From the NCBI GenBank assembly GCA_016748015.1, contig JAAOMT010000494.1:860190-924189 (forward strand): a DNA stretch of 64,000 nucleotides. Reading direction: 5' to 3'. How positions within the stretch are numbered: position 1 is the first letter of the stretch; each line of letters begins with the position of its first letter. This document shows, piece by piece, positions 1 through 12,639 of this stretch. The stretch is from Geosiphon pyriformis uo1 (lineage: Eukaryota; Fungi; Glomeromycota). The notes beneath the pieces were generated by a model, which did not search any database, was not told the DNA's origin, and saw nothing but the letters and a program-made list of their open reading frames with translations. The translations under genes were made by a program, and so were the position numbers.

Positions 1-1
1 C

Positions 2-2152
2 CTTAGCCTCATACAGGGACCTCCCGGTACAGGAAAAACTGTGACATCAGCTACAATAGTATATCACCTTGCTAAGATGAATCCAGGTCAAGTTTTAGTA
101 TGTGCGCCATCCAACGTTGCAGTCGATCAATTGACAGAAAAAATTCATGCCACTGGGTTGAAAGTAGTTCGTTTGACTGCTAAATCTCGCGAGGCCCTTG
201 ATTCTCCGGTTTCCTTTCTTACATTACACGAGCAAGTGCAGAATAATGATACAAATGTCGAGTTACAAAAATTGATCCAGCTTAAAACTGAACAAGGAGA
301 ATTAAGTAGCGCTGACGAAAAGAAATATAAAATGTTAAAACGTGCATGTGAACGAGAAATATTACAGGTAATCAAAATAACTTTCTTAATAACTTGCAAC
401 TCGTTTATATCGCACTTCATTAAAAAGCTTCATCTATCAGAATGCAGATGTTATTTTATGTACTTGCGTTGGCGCTGGTGATCCCCGTTTGTCGAAATTC
501 AAGTTTAGGACTGTTTTAATTGATGAGGCTACTCAGGCAACTGAACCCGAATGTATGATACCTCTTGTACTTGGCTGCAAACAGGCTGTATTGGTTGGAG
601 ATCATCAACAATTAGGCCCTGTAATAATGAACAAAAAAGCAGCTCGCGCAGGCTTATGTCAATCTCTTTTTGAACGACTTGTAATCTTGGGAATCAGGCC
701 AATACGTCTACAAGTTCAATATCGTATGCATCCTTGCTTGTCCGAATTTCCGAGCAATATGTTTTATGAGGGGTCTCTGCAAAACGGAGTCACCACCCAA
801 GAACGTCTTAGGAAAAATGTGGACTTCCCTTGGCCTGCGCCTGAGACACCCATGTTTTTCCATTCAAATTTGGGCCAGGAAGAAATTTCGAGCAGTGGAA
901 CATCATATTTGAACCGGTAAGAATTCCTAATCATTATAAACCAAATTATCTTTTGTTTGTGCTGTGTTTAATTAGACAATGAATTAATTTTTAGCGCCGA
1001 GGCCACCAATTGTGAAAAGCTTGTTACGAAATTTCTCAGGTCAGGAGTACTTCCTATTCAAATAGGAATCATTACTCCATATGAGGGTCAGCGAAGCTAT
1101 ATAGTAAGCTTCATGCAATACCATGGCTCTTTACGAAAGGATTTATATAAAGAAATCGAGGTTGCTAGTGTGGATGCCTTTCAAGGTCGTGAAAAAGACT
1201 ATATTATACTAAGCTGTGTTCGCAGCAATGACCATCAAGGAATTGGATTTTTGAATGACCCTCGCCGATTAAACGTAGCCTTGACTCGAGCTCGGTATGG
1301 AGTTGTTATTTTAGGAAATCCAAAGGTTTTAAGTAAAGTAAGTAAATCGGTTTCAATCCATTACTTAATTATCATATTCTTTATAAAGCTTTAAAATTTT
1401 GTAATTTTCAGCATCCACTTTGGCACCATCTCCTTGATCATTATAAAGTTAAGGACTGCCTAGTGGAGGGCCCTTTAAATAATTTAAAGGTTAGCATGAT
1501 CCAATTCAGTCGACCCCGCCGTGCCTATCGTAAAGATGCCAAATTCAGACAAGGATTGGCCCATCAAGTCGATGCTCGAGAAGCCTTTGCTAAACCACCG
1601 TTGGCCAGTGAAAGTATGTGTCTCTGGGTTAAATTAATGATCAAATTTTTATATTCATAAATCTTTAATTTAGATCGTCGAGGTGTGCGTGCCTATGATG
1701 CTGACTTTATGAGGACACATGATCCTGTTGGTTATATTCACTCCGATATGTCATCAATTCCCTCATCATCCCAATTCAGCATACCGTTACTACCAACACC
1801 TAATGGCCCTTTTACTCAAGATTTGTCTCAGAGTAGTGTTACCAGTCGCAAAAATGCCAAGCAACAACAAAATTCGTCTTTTGGCACATATCCCAATTCA
1901 ATTTCTTCGCAAGGACCGCTTACTCAGAATTATAGCAGTCAAGGATCGATGAGTATTGCTTTATCACAATCCGATCGTATTCGTATGATGGCTAATTCTA
2001 GTTCATCCCTCAGCCATGGGTCTATATTATCTCAAGAGAGCTCTATTGGATATGACGACTATAAAAGTCAAGGAGATGAAACAATATTTAGTCAGGACTT
2101 TGAAATTCGATCTCAAACAGGATACCAGTCACAAAGTTTTACCCAATATTAG
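2..2152 (+). CDS. UPF1: UPF1/NAM7 SF1 RNA helicase (NMD factor), 5'-truncated by the window. Exons 2-367, 441-916, 995-1337, 1412-1613, 1674-2152
   Basis: Motifs [11 protein letters not shown] (Walker A), [63 protein letters not shown]. Four GT-AG introns (368-440, 917-994, 1338-1411, 1614-1673) join in frame. SQ-rich tail ends FTQY-stop. Confidence 0.97.
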
Positions 2153-2723
2153 CGTATTTATCGCTGAAGACATGAAGACATGGCTCACCGAGCGACGATC
2201 TTTCACGACCGGCTCAGCTTGTGTTTGTACAAAATCTGTTAGGTGAACAAAGCAGTTGCGTAGCACGTTGTATAGGTCCTACGTTAAGTGTTGATCTTTA
2301 CGACAATCAGTTACCTGATATCAGTTGAGTTTTCAACAATTAGTCGATGGTCAGAACTGCATTTGGTCACTGATGATTGTGTCAAACATAGCGAGCTATA
2401 CTTTGTAAGAAGTTATTATGAGGCTACAACTATTCGATCTCCTTGCAAAACACTGTTCTCTATTGCCACTTGTGAATTGCCTGCCTTCTTCGGCCTCTTT
2501 ATCTAATATATCCAGGATTTTTTATGCTCCTTCAGTCCCTTATTAATATGTAGTTTTTCATATTAAGATCCATTGGTGATGAACTTGATTGTACAACCTA
2601 TTTCATGTTGATCAGTGGTGCGTAAACTACAATATCATAATGCAAGACTCTTTCCAAATTCATGTCATTTTGTCTCGAGAAAAGATTGCGCGTTTTCCTT
2701 AAACATTGTTGCTTTTATTATTT

Positions 2724-2729
2724 AATAAA
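2724..2729 (+). promoter_or_regulatory. Candidate polyadenylation signal of UPF1
   Basis: AATAAA at the end of the CpG-containing 3' UTR-like segment, just before the compositional break. Confidence 0.35.
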
Positions 2730-3389
2730 ATAAAAACTTAATTGGTCTTTAATTAAATGGGTTTTATTGTTTTTGTTTGTTAATGTGGTAAATAATGTTA
2801 TTTATACAAATTATAATTCCAATTAATATAAATTTACAGTTTGAAAATAAAATTGTATGCTTTAAACATATAAATAATAATTTTTAATTATTAAAAACAA
2901 TATTTTTAATATGTAAATTTAACAATTAATTATTTAATCACAATAAATGTGATTTATGTATTTTTTACATGCAATTAACCATTTAAACCATTTAAACCTA
3001 TTTTATAATAATACATTTGTTTTTAAAACTTAATATATTATTTATTTAAATTTACAAATTATAAATTTTTGCATAAATATTTTTTTTATTTTGATAATTT
3101 ATAATTTAAGTTTTTTAAAAAAATTTTACCTTTTTTAAAAATATTAAATTAAAACAAATCCAGTATTTTAAAACTATTTTAATAAAATAAATATTCAAAC
3201 TTTTTTTGTTTTTACTTATTAATATTTATACTTTATTTCATTTTCTAATCTTTTTAAAATCGGCAGCTATTTATAGCTCTAGTTTAAATATGTTTAATAA
3301 AAAAATTCATGAAAATACTGGTTTTAATTTCAAGAAAATGTTATAAAAACTAAGATAAAAAACTTAAAAGTCGAAAACTTTAATGTAAA

Positions 3390-4925
3390 TAATAGCTAAC
3401 AGATAATAAAAATTTAATTAAAGAAACAAATTGAAATGTAAAAATTTAATATGTATAATTAGTCTTAAAATTACAATTATTTAATTTTTTTTAAGAAATT
3501 TAAAGATAAAAAATAATTTATAATGGTTAACAAAATAATATTATTACTATTATTCTATGTTTCTTTTTAATAATTTTTAAAATTAATAACAAGTATTGTT
3601 GTGTTTTTTAATTTAATAAATTATAAAAATAATCAAATACTTTTTAAATTAATTTTAACAATACAAATCAAAAAAATAAAGTTTTTAAATACCAATAAGT
3701 AATTTTTTATTCACAAATATTTTTATATTAAAAATAAAAAATTGGAAAAAAATAAATAAATAATATAAAAAAAATATTGAATATATTTTTACTATATTTA
3801 TTAATTGAACTTTATATCTTTTTATAATTAAAAAATTCATAGTTATTAAAAAAATTAATAACCAGATTAATGTTTTAATTAATAATTATTACTTAAAATT
3901 AAAGTGGTTAATTATATAATATCAAATAGCTAATATATAATCTTATGTATATTAATCAATAATATTATATAATTAGTTATTTTATTTTTAAAAAATAATT
4001 ATTAATTTTTGTTAGTAGTTATATAAATAATAAATTTTTTAATTATAAAAAGACATAAAATTAAAATAATAACAATAATAATTACATATTTAATTATTTA
4101 TTCTTTTTTTTTTAAATATTTAAATATTTGTAAATAAAAAATTTTTTATTAGTGTTTACATATTTTATTTTATTTTTTTGATTTGTATTAATAAAATTAA
4201 TTTAAGAAATATTTACTTGTTTTTGTAATTTATTAAATAAAAAACAATTAAAAAACACAATAATACTTGTTATTAAATTTAAAAATTATCAAACAAAAAA
4301 TAAAATAATAATAATAATAATCTATTTTTATGTTTTCGGATTTTTAAAAAAAATTAAGTAATTATAATTTTAAAATTAATTATATATATCGAATTTTTAT
4401 AAATTCAATTTGTTTTTTTGATTAAATTTTCTCTTTGATTATTTTTATATTCTTAATAGTTTTTTTTGCTATTTATTAATTTATTATTAAATTCATAATA
4501 TAAAAATAATACTTTTTGTAAAATTTTTAAAATTTACTTTGTTTTTTATTGTATTATTATGAATTTAATTAATAAATTAACAAATAACAAAAAAAAGATT
4601 ATTAAAAGTAATAAAAATAATCAAAATATAAAATTCAATCAAAAAAACAAATTGAATTTATAAGAATTTAATATATATAATTAGTTTTAAAACTATAGTT
4701 GTTGTTATTTATAAAACTGAGTTTAATCTTAAATTAAACTTTACAAAAAAATATTTTTTAAAAAATTAAATAGAGAAATAGTTTATAATTATTAATAAAT
4801 AATATTACTGTTATTATTTTATGTTTAACTTAATAAATTTTAAAATTAATAACAAATATTATTGTGTTTTTTAATTATTTTTATTTTTAATAAATTATAA
4901 AAGCAAATAAGTATTTTTTACACAA
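3390..4925. repeat. Three highly degenerate LTR-A-related fragments in alternating orientation (-,+,-)
   Basis: About 3400-3720 is inverted at about 4110-4440; about 4420-4500 is inverted at about 4555-4690. Residual similarity to LTR-A. The third copy appears to resume at about 62090. Confidence 0.5.
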
Positions 4926-6252
4926 ATTTTTTTATTTTTTATTTAATAAATACAGTTCAATTACTATTTAATATACAGAATTAAACTAAGTAATCTTAAT
5001 TAAATACAATTTATATGCTTATTATATATAACCAGCTATTTAAGTCAATTTAAGCAATACTATATATCTATATGAACTATTAAACTACTATTAACACCAA
5101 AGAAAAAAACACAAAGCAAATACTTACCAAAACTTACTACTATAGACTTAATAATATCAAGTATATGAACTATTCTATCTAACAAACCTATATACAATCT
5201 ATTAGTCAACATAAACATTATACTATTATTACTTACTAACTTAACTTTTTTTGTTTTTGACTTATGTTTTACTTTAGCATATTATATCTTATAGCAATAA
5301 AAATTAATTAGTTAACAGAAAAAATTCACCAGTTTAAAAATAGCTTTTTTATTATTATTATACATTACCAAAACATTCTTAAACCAATTTTTAAATATGA
5401 AACCTTTGTAAAATACTATATATAATTCAATGTCAAAAAAGCAGAAAAACAGAAATTACAACACAAAAAAAAATATGAACATTTTTTTATTAGCCAATAA
5501 TGATAAAAATTTAATGTAACCCAAAATTAAATCTCTTTGCTAATCTGTATTTTTTGAATATGTAAATAAATAATCTGAAAATTCCACTTCTTTACAAAAC
5601 AAGCACAAAACACCTAAATAAAACTTGTTATATAGTTTTTTATGCACAGCAATAGAAAGTTTCTCATAAATAGTCTTTATTAAATAAGTTCTAAAATTGG
5701 CTATAAACTTGCTAATAATATCAACAAGTATTTGTAAGTCAAGATGTCAAATCTTAGCTGTTCAAACTCAGTTAATATTACAAATAAAAGACTTATTGAT
5801 AATCTTAAAATCAAGATCTACTTTTTAATATATACTAGCAATTTCTCTAAAAATATTTCAAATAAAGTAATATATATTACCAAATATTATTAAACTATTA
5901 GCCATCAAATATTACTTCAAAATATTAACAAGTAAAAACATAGAAAAATGAATGACAGCTTCAACCAACTTATTAATATAATTATTACCAACTATATTTA
6001 AATAACTCTTAATTTTTGACCAGATCACTTTCAAATTCTTGCTTTTTACCAAATTGTTAATATAATGTCTCTCTATTTAACACTAATTGTAAAAATTTGG
6101 TCCAAATAAACCAAGTTCTAAAGTGCATGCATTAATAATTACCTGATTGTCTAAATACAAAACCACAGTACTAGAAAAAAACACATATTCCAAAACCAAA
6201 GCAATAATAAGCAGCTTAGTTATTATAAAAAACATTATACTAAAAATACTAA

Positions 6253-7004
6253 TGTTATAATTGAAACCTATACTTCTTATTAATTATCATATGTATTAGT
6301 CACTAATGTTATATAATTAGCCACTCTATCTTTAGAAAGTGATTATTAACTTAATCAATAACCTAACCATTAACTTGATTATTGACCTGATTATTGATCT
6401 GATTAATAACTTGATCATTGATCTGATTATTGATTTGATTATTGGCCTAGTCATTGATTTGATTATTGACCATTTTTAATAGCTATATAAGCAATGAATT
6501 TCTTAGCTGTAGAAAAGCATGTAAGAATCAAAGAAAAAAAAGAAATAAAATAACAACTTTCATCTCAATCATTTTCTTATCACTAAATTCTCTTTTCTTA
6601 TCTTCAAGTATCTGAACATTTTGGGATAAAAAATTACTTGTTGGTTATTTCTTACACTTTTTCTGAAATGTGTAATTGTAGCATTTGAAAATTATTAAAT
6701 AAAAACATAACTGAAGAATACATCTGATACCTAATATTGAATTCTAAAAGCACTGATATGAGACATAGAATTATACCAGTATGTGATTATTTGTTGACAG
6801 TATGGATTATTTCTTTACTTTCAGATTCTTTGATTATCTTTTGAAAAATATAGTGACTGAAATATTTTATGAGACTGATTTTACATATTGAATTCATACT
6901 TATTCAATTCACTCTTTAAAGTTAAACTCCCTTTGATTATTTTTATCATCCTACAATTCTGTTTTCTTTTGTTATTTGTTAGCTTGTTACTCCAATCTGT
7001 AACA
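6253..7004 (+). repeat. 5' LTR of A1 (family A)
   Basis: TGTTA...TAACA termini, tandem ~12-mers (TGATTATTGACC-like) ~6340-6470, TATA-like box GCTATATAAG at 6482. Confidence 0.92.
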
Positions 7005-7010
7005 TAAAAG

Positions 7011-7027
7011 TGGTGTTTCCTATGAGG
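7011..7027 (+). promoter_or_regulatory. Primer-binding site of A1
   Basis: TGGTGTTTCCTATGAGG six bases after the LTR. Homologous TGGTGCTTTCTGT in A2 and B. The tRNA is not assigned. Confidence 0.75.
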
Positions 7028-7056
7028 TTGTCAAAATTCACTTTGTTTCTTATTGT

Positions 7057-10000
7057 ATGAGTGATTATTTATACCTGCCACAACAACCAGAAGAATACTT
7101 TAAAGCACACAACAAAAATGATCTAAACTTTATTGAACTTAATCTTTTGTTTTTCTGCTTAATTTGCTTCTCCATTGAAGAACAATTCAGTAGACAATTC
7201 CAAAACTTTTGGAACTGGTTTCTAAACAAGCATTCAGCTAAAACCTACACAGCTTATACAACCTATTACTTTGATCAAGCCTATTTTGAAGACAACTTTA
7301 AAGAAAGAAACAATAGCATTAATTAACTTTTATACTCAACAACTTTTGAACAACAGCCCCCTGATTTCGAATATCTGAATCATCAAATCCACATTTGGAT
7401 TGCTGTCCATCAATCAACTGAAACTCCCTTAGAAACAGAAAAAAAAAGCTACCAAACTGTTTTTGTTTTTGACTTTTTATCAAGCAAATTAAATTCATCC
7501 ACACAAACAGTTACTTCTGAACCAATGGCTAATGACCTCATGCAAGCAAACATTCTGGCTGCCCTTCAAGGTATACAAACTGCTCTAGGAAGAAGAAACA
7601 ATACCCCACTACTACTATTCAAAGATGATACACAAGATCCAATTGAATAGTTAGATGATTTTGAAAGAACTGTTACAGCCAATCAATATGATGATGAATA
7701 GAAGTTTCAAATTGTTGGTGGCTATTTCTAAGACTCTTCTGCTACTTGGTTCTTACAAAAAACAGATGCCAATGCCCATTAAAGAATTATTAGATAAACA
7801 TTTGTAAATGCTGGAGAAAACAACACCTCTTTTACTACTCAGTTTGAAAATAAGTTCAAAACTCCAATCTTAATATCCAAATGGTGCATGAAATTGGAAA
7901 GAAAAATCCAAGGTCCTGATAAAGTTGTAACTGAGTATGCCAAAGCAATCAGAAAATTAATCAAGTAAATAGACTTTGAAAGAAACTAAACAGAAGAGCA
8001 AAAGATTTATTCCTTTACAAAAAGATGAAAACTGATTTCTCATATCCTTTTTGGCCTCTTCTGGCCTTAAAAGATAATCCCACAATAAATATGACTATTA
8101 AACTTGCCCAAAGAATAGAAAACAACCAAAGAATGCACCTGAAATTCATCCTTTCAGTTTTTGCTTCTGCTCTTGTTATGGCTCCTGCTTTCCAAATGGC
8201 TGTTACCTTTTTTGCTGTCTAAACTCAAGATCCAAATAAACAGTTAATAGATAGACTCATAGCTAATCTTGCCTGGTTACTGGAACTCTTAGCCCAAGCA
8301 GTCAGAAAGAATCAATAACCATAAAGACCTAAATTTGAACTCTGTTTTAATTAGCCCCAGCAACTTTCTTATCAAAGACAACAAAATTGTGGCTCATCTG
8401 TGTGTTATTACTGTAGATTAACTGGATATTTTTTCAGAGATTGCAACAATTCTCTTCTGTCTCTTCCAGCTCCCAAAAACAATAACAATCAAAACAACAA
8501 AACTATTAACAACAATGTCTCTAATCAAAGACCCAATTATACCAACATCAATTTTTTTTGAAAAGGATTCTCTAGTTAAAGCTACTGTTTATCAGCCTTT
8601 AAACTAGTAGATACACCTTCAAAGGGTGAAAGTACAAGCCAACTAAAAAAAAATCTTTTTTATGCTTTTAACCTAATTGATGATAACCATAACATAGATG
8701 AACTAGCAATTAACACTTCTGAATTAACAAAAAAGAAGAAAAAAACCAAGATTGATTTTGTTCTAAATCCCAACAAAGCCTTAACTTCTACTGCTAATAA
8801 CAATAAGCCACCAAAAGCCAAAGTTTTTAAAAATTCTCCAAAGTTGGAATCCTCAGAAATAATACAAAAATCTGGTCCTTATTCTGTTGTCAAAAATCTC
8901 ATGGAAACACCTGCTCATATTATCTTTGACCAGTTAATAACTCATCTCCAATTTAGAAAAAATCTTTACAAATCTTTGTTTTCCAAAAAAAAGACACCAA
9001 AGACCAACAAATATTTACACCAAGCTGAACTTGCTGACAACAGCAATATTACTTTTCTTATTTGTAAAGTCCAAGTAACTGGTTACTTCATTAATCTGAT
9101 TCTGGACAGTGGATCATCTGTTAGTATCATTGCTAAACACTTCCTAGAAGCAATTGACAGAAAGATTAATAAGTCTTCCACAAGACCAATAATTAATGTA
9201 CATGGTAACAAGAAAAAAAATCTAGGCATAGCCAAAGCTGTTCCTGTCTGAATCAATAGCATCAGCATTGAAACTGATATAGAAGTATTTGAAGCAAAAA
9301 AATACACCATAATAGTTGACAATAAATGGCTCAAGAAAGCAAAAGCTTTGCTTGATTATGAACTCTGTAAATTAACCATCAGATGTAATAAAAAACCCAT
9401 TATGGTTAAGTGTTACTATTAGACAACTTCTCTAATATTCAAACAAAGCCAAGAAAAAAAGCAATCAGATGAGTCAGATAATAAAGAAAGTGATAAAAAA
9501 GATAAACAAGAAGAACAAAAAGAAACTGCTGAACTTGTTTACACCATCTTTATTAATAATAGCAAGTTATTAAATAATGTCAAAGCAGATAAAAAAGGAA
9601 TTATGGTAAATGACAAGCTAATCTGCTGGTCCTACTATAATATTCTCAGAAAAACCTTTGACAGAAAATCTAACAAGAAAGCCAAATACAGTTATTGGTA
9701 ATATGGTCCTTGTGTCTGGTGCTAGTACAATAAACTATTGTACTCTCCTAGTAATGAATAGATGTTCTGCCTGATTTATTACAAAGATTGGGAACCAATC
9801 AGCTTGATATCTTGTAAAAAAATAAAAGAAGTTCAAAAGTCTTTTAAGAATAAACTACCTGAGATCTAATTGTTAATTATAGAACAAAAAAAACCCTTCT
9901 CTAAAAAAAGAAAAGTAGACATTAAAAACCTATTGGCTAAAAATAACCCAGTTATATCCAAAGAAGATAATGCTTTTGAATGCACTCATGTGATACAACA

Positions 10001-12630
10001 TACTATTACCACTAGAGAAACTTGTTCTATCTACTTGAAGTCCTATCAGTTTAATCATCACAATAATGAATTCATCAAAAAAGAAATAAACTGGATGAAA
10101 AATCTTAAATTCATACAAAAAACCAAGAATGAATAGGCATTTTTAGTTGTAGTAGTATTCAAAAAAGGTGAAACCCTATGCTTTTGTGTCAACTACTGCC
10201 AATTAAATGCCATTACCGAAAGAAACATGTATTTACTCCTCAAAATTGATGCAATGCTAGACCAATTCAATGGTACTGCTTTCTTTTCAACTATTGATCT
10301 AACTGCTGAATTCTGGCAAGTAGAAATGGATTCAGAAAGCAGAAAGAAAACTGTTTTTATTACCAAGTATGGCACTTACAAATTCACAGTTATGTCTTTT
10401 GGTCTTACTAATGCTTCTTCCATATTTTAATACTTAATGGACAAAGTATTTAAATCAGTAAAAGAAAACTTTGTTTAAGTCTACTTAAAGAACATAATGA
10501 TCTACTCAAAAACCTGGGATGAACACCTTGAACACTTGCAAAAGGTTTTTGACTTGCTCAGAAATACTGGTCTTAAAATCAACCCAATCAAATTTTTCTT
10601 TGGATGCCAATCCACCCAGTTCTTTGGTTATTTTATTACAAAAGATGGAATCTTCTCTGACTTAGCTAAAGTTAAAAAAGTTCAAAACATTAAACAACTA
10701 ATGAATGTTCATAAATTATGTTTTTTCCTTGGTTTGGCTTCTTATTATCACAAATTTGTCTAAAATTTTTCCAAAATTGCTGCTCCTCTCAATCAGCTAC
10801 TTAGAAAAAATGTCAATTATTATTGGGATACTTATCAACAAAAAGCTTTTGAAATTTTGAAGGAAAAACTGGTTACAGAACCTATTTTCATGCAATCTGA
10901 TCTGAATCAACTTTTTATTCTCTACACTAATGCATTTGGTTATGGACTTAGTACTGTATTCTCTTAAAAAAATGAAAATGACAGAAAACATACCATAGCA
11001 TATGTCAATAAAACTTTTACACCAGCCAAAAGGAACTACTTTATTACTGAGCAAGAATGCTTAGCAATAGTTTGAACTACTAATTACTGGGACAAATATC
11101 TCCTTGGTGTGCAGTTTTTGGTGGTAACAAATCATCAAGTTTTGGTTTGACTATACAACAAAAGAAAGCTAGAACACAAACGGATAACTTACTGAATACT
11201 CTACTTGGATGAATTTGACTATGACATCTAACATCATAAAAAAGCTAATTATCAAAACACCAATGCTTTCTCCAAACTCACCATCCAGTGATAGTACAAC
11301 CCTTTTAAACCAAACCAACTTAATTATTAGTAACTCTTTTACAAATAAACACAATAATGGACTTAGACAACTACTCTGTCTTAATGAAATTTTTGGGTAA
11401 AAAACAATACCCACCAGAATACACTTAACAGCAAAAAAAACATTTGCACAAACAATTAAATTTCTATTTGATCTATCAAAACCAATTATATAAAAGAAAT
11501 AAAAAAGATCTTGACTGCCTTCAGAGAGTCATCAGATTTGAAGAAAAAGAAATTGTAATATACAATATATACACTGATCTATTAGCTGAACACTTTAGAA
11601 AAACAAAAACAATTCAGAAAACTTTAGCTTGCTATTATTGGTCTATTTTGGAAAAAAACATTGCTGAATACATCAAAACCTGTGACATCTGCCAAAAAAA
11701 AAACAAACTCAATCACAAAGAAAATATTCATCCAATCTTTGTTGGTTAACCATTTGACAGAATTAGTATAAATGTTGTTAGATTTTTAACAATAACTCCT
11801 GATGGCAACAAATATATTATTACAGCTACCAAAGTGGATAGAAGCAAAAGCCACTCCAGATCAAACAACAGTCTTAATAGCCAATTTTATTTACAAAGAT
11901 ATTATCTGCCATCATAACTGTTCTAAAAAACTTTTATCTGATAGAAAAAAAGTTTTTTTCAGTACATTAATTGAAAAACTTTGTAGAAAAATAGGAATAT
12001 GTCATAAAATTTCTTCTTTTTACCACCCTCAAACAAATAGATTAGTAGAACATTTTAATAGAACACTATGTAAAACCCTAGCCAAAACCAGCAAAGAAAC
12101 AAACTTATAGAACAAAGTACTGTCTTCAGCTTTGTTTGCTTATAAAACTGTAAATCATAACATAACAAGTTATAAACCTTTTTATCTACTCTATAAACAC
12201 ATGGCAATATTACCAATAGAAACTAACATTGAAACAATACCCTTTGAAGAAATCACAATAAAAAATTACAAAAACATTTTGCAAAGAAGACTTGATATCA
12301 TTCTTGACTTCTTAGTAAAAGCACAAATAATTGCTTTTGAAAAGATAAAACAGTTCTAAAAAAAACTTAAAAAAAAGAAAATTTATAAAACACTTTCTTT
12401 AAGTATTGGTAACTTGGTATTGGAATACCATTTAAACAGAAACAATATCTATGGTAATAAATTCTCTAGTTAGTAAAAAGAACTCTTTATAGTCAACAAA
12501 GTTTTGAACAATGGTTTTTATATTCTTCAAGATCAATCTAGAACAATCTTCAATGATTGTTCTGTTCATGGTACACAATTTAAGAAATATCATAAACGAC
12601 CTGATTGGTTGCCTGTTGTAATAATACTGA
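7057..12630 (+). pseudogene. gag (7057-8607) and pol (PR-RT-RH-INT) of A1, many premature stops
   Basis: ORF fragments 8844, 10227, 10497, 11444, 11802 and 12132 carry Gypsy motifs in PR-RT-RH-INT order. Confidence 0.9.
8598..8604 (+). promoter_or_regulatory. -1 ribosomal frameshift heptamer T_TTA_AAC at the gag/pol junction
   Basis: Followed directly by TAG TAG. The -1 frame is open into the protease ORF. Conserved in A2 (35209-35215, minus). Confidence 0.7.
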
Positions 12631-12639
12631 CCCAAATGA

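Noticed and set aside
2016-2506. ORFs 2016..2246 and 2288..2506 (also 145..420 and 1719..1952)
   Set aside because: Alternate-frame, antisense or 3' UTR ORFs with no recognisable motifs.
1-6252. Functional link between UPF1 and the neighbouring retroelements
   Set aside because: Adjacency alone is expected in a TE-rich genome. No sequence evidence of capture or co-regulation.
6340-6475. Short tandem repeats here and at ~14740-14870 and ~16000-16140 as CRISPR-like arrays
   Set aside because: No unique spacers, no cas genes, eukaryotic context. They are U3 repeats inside LTRs.
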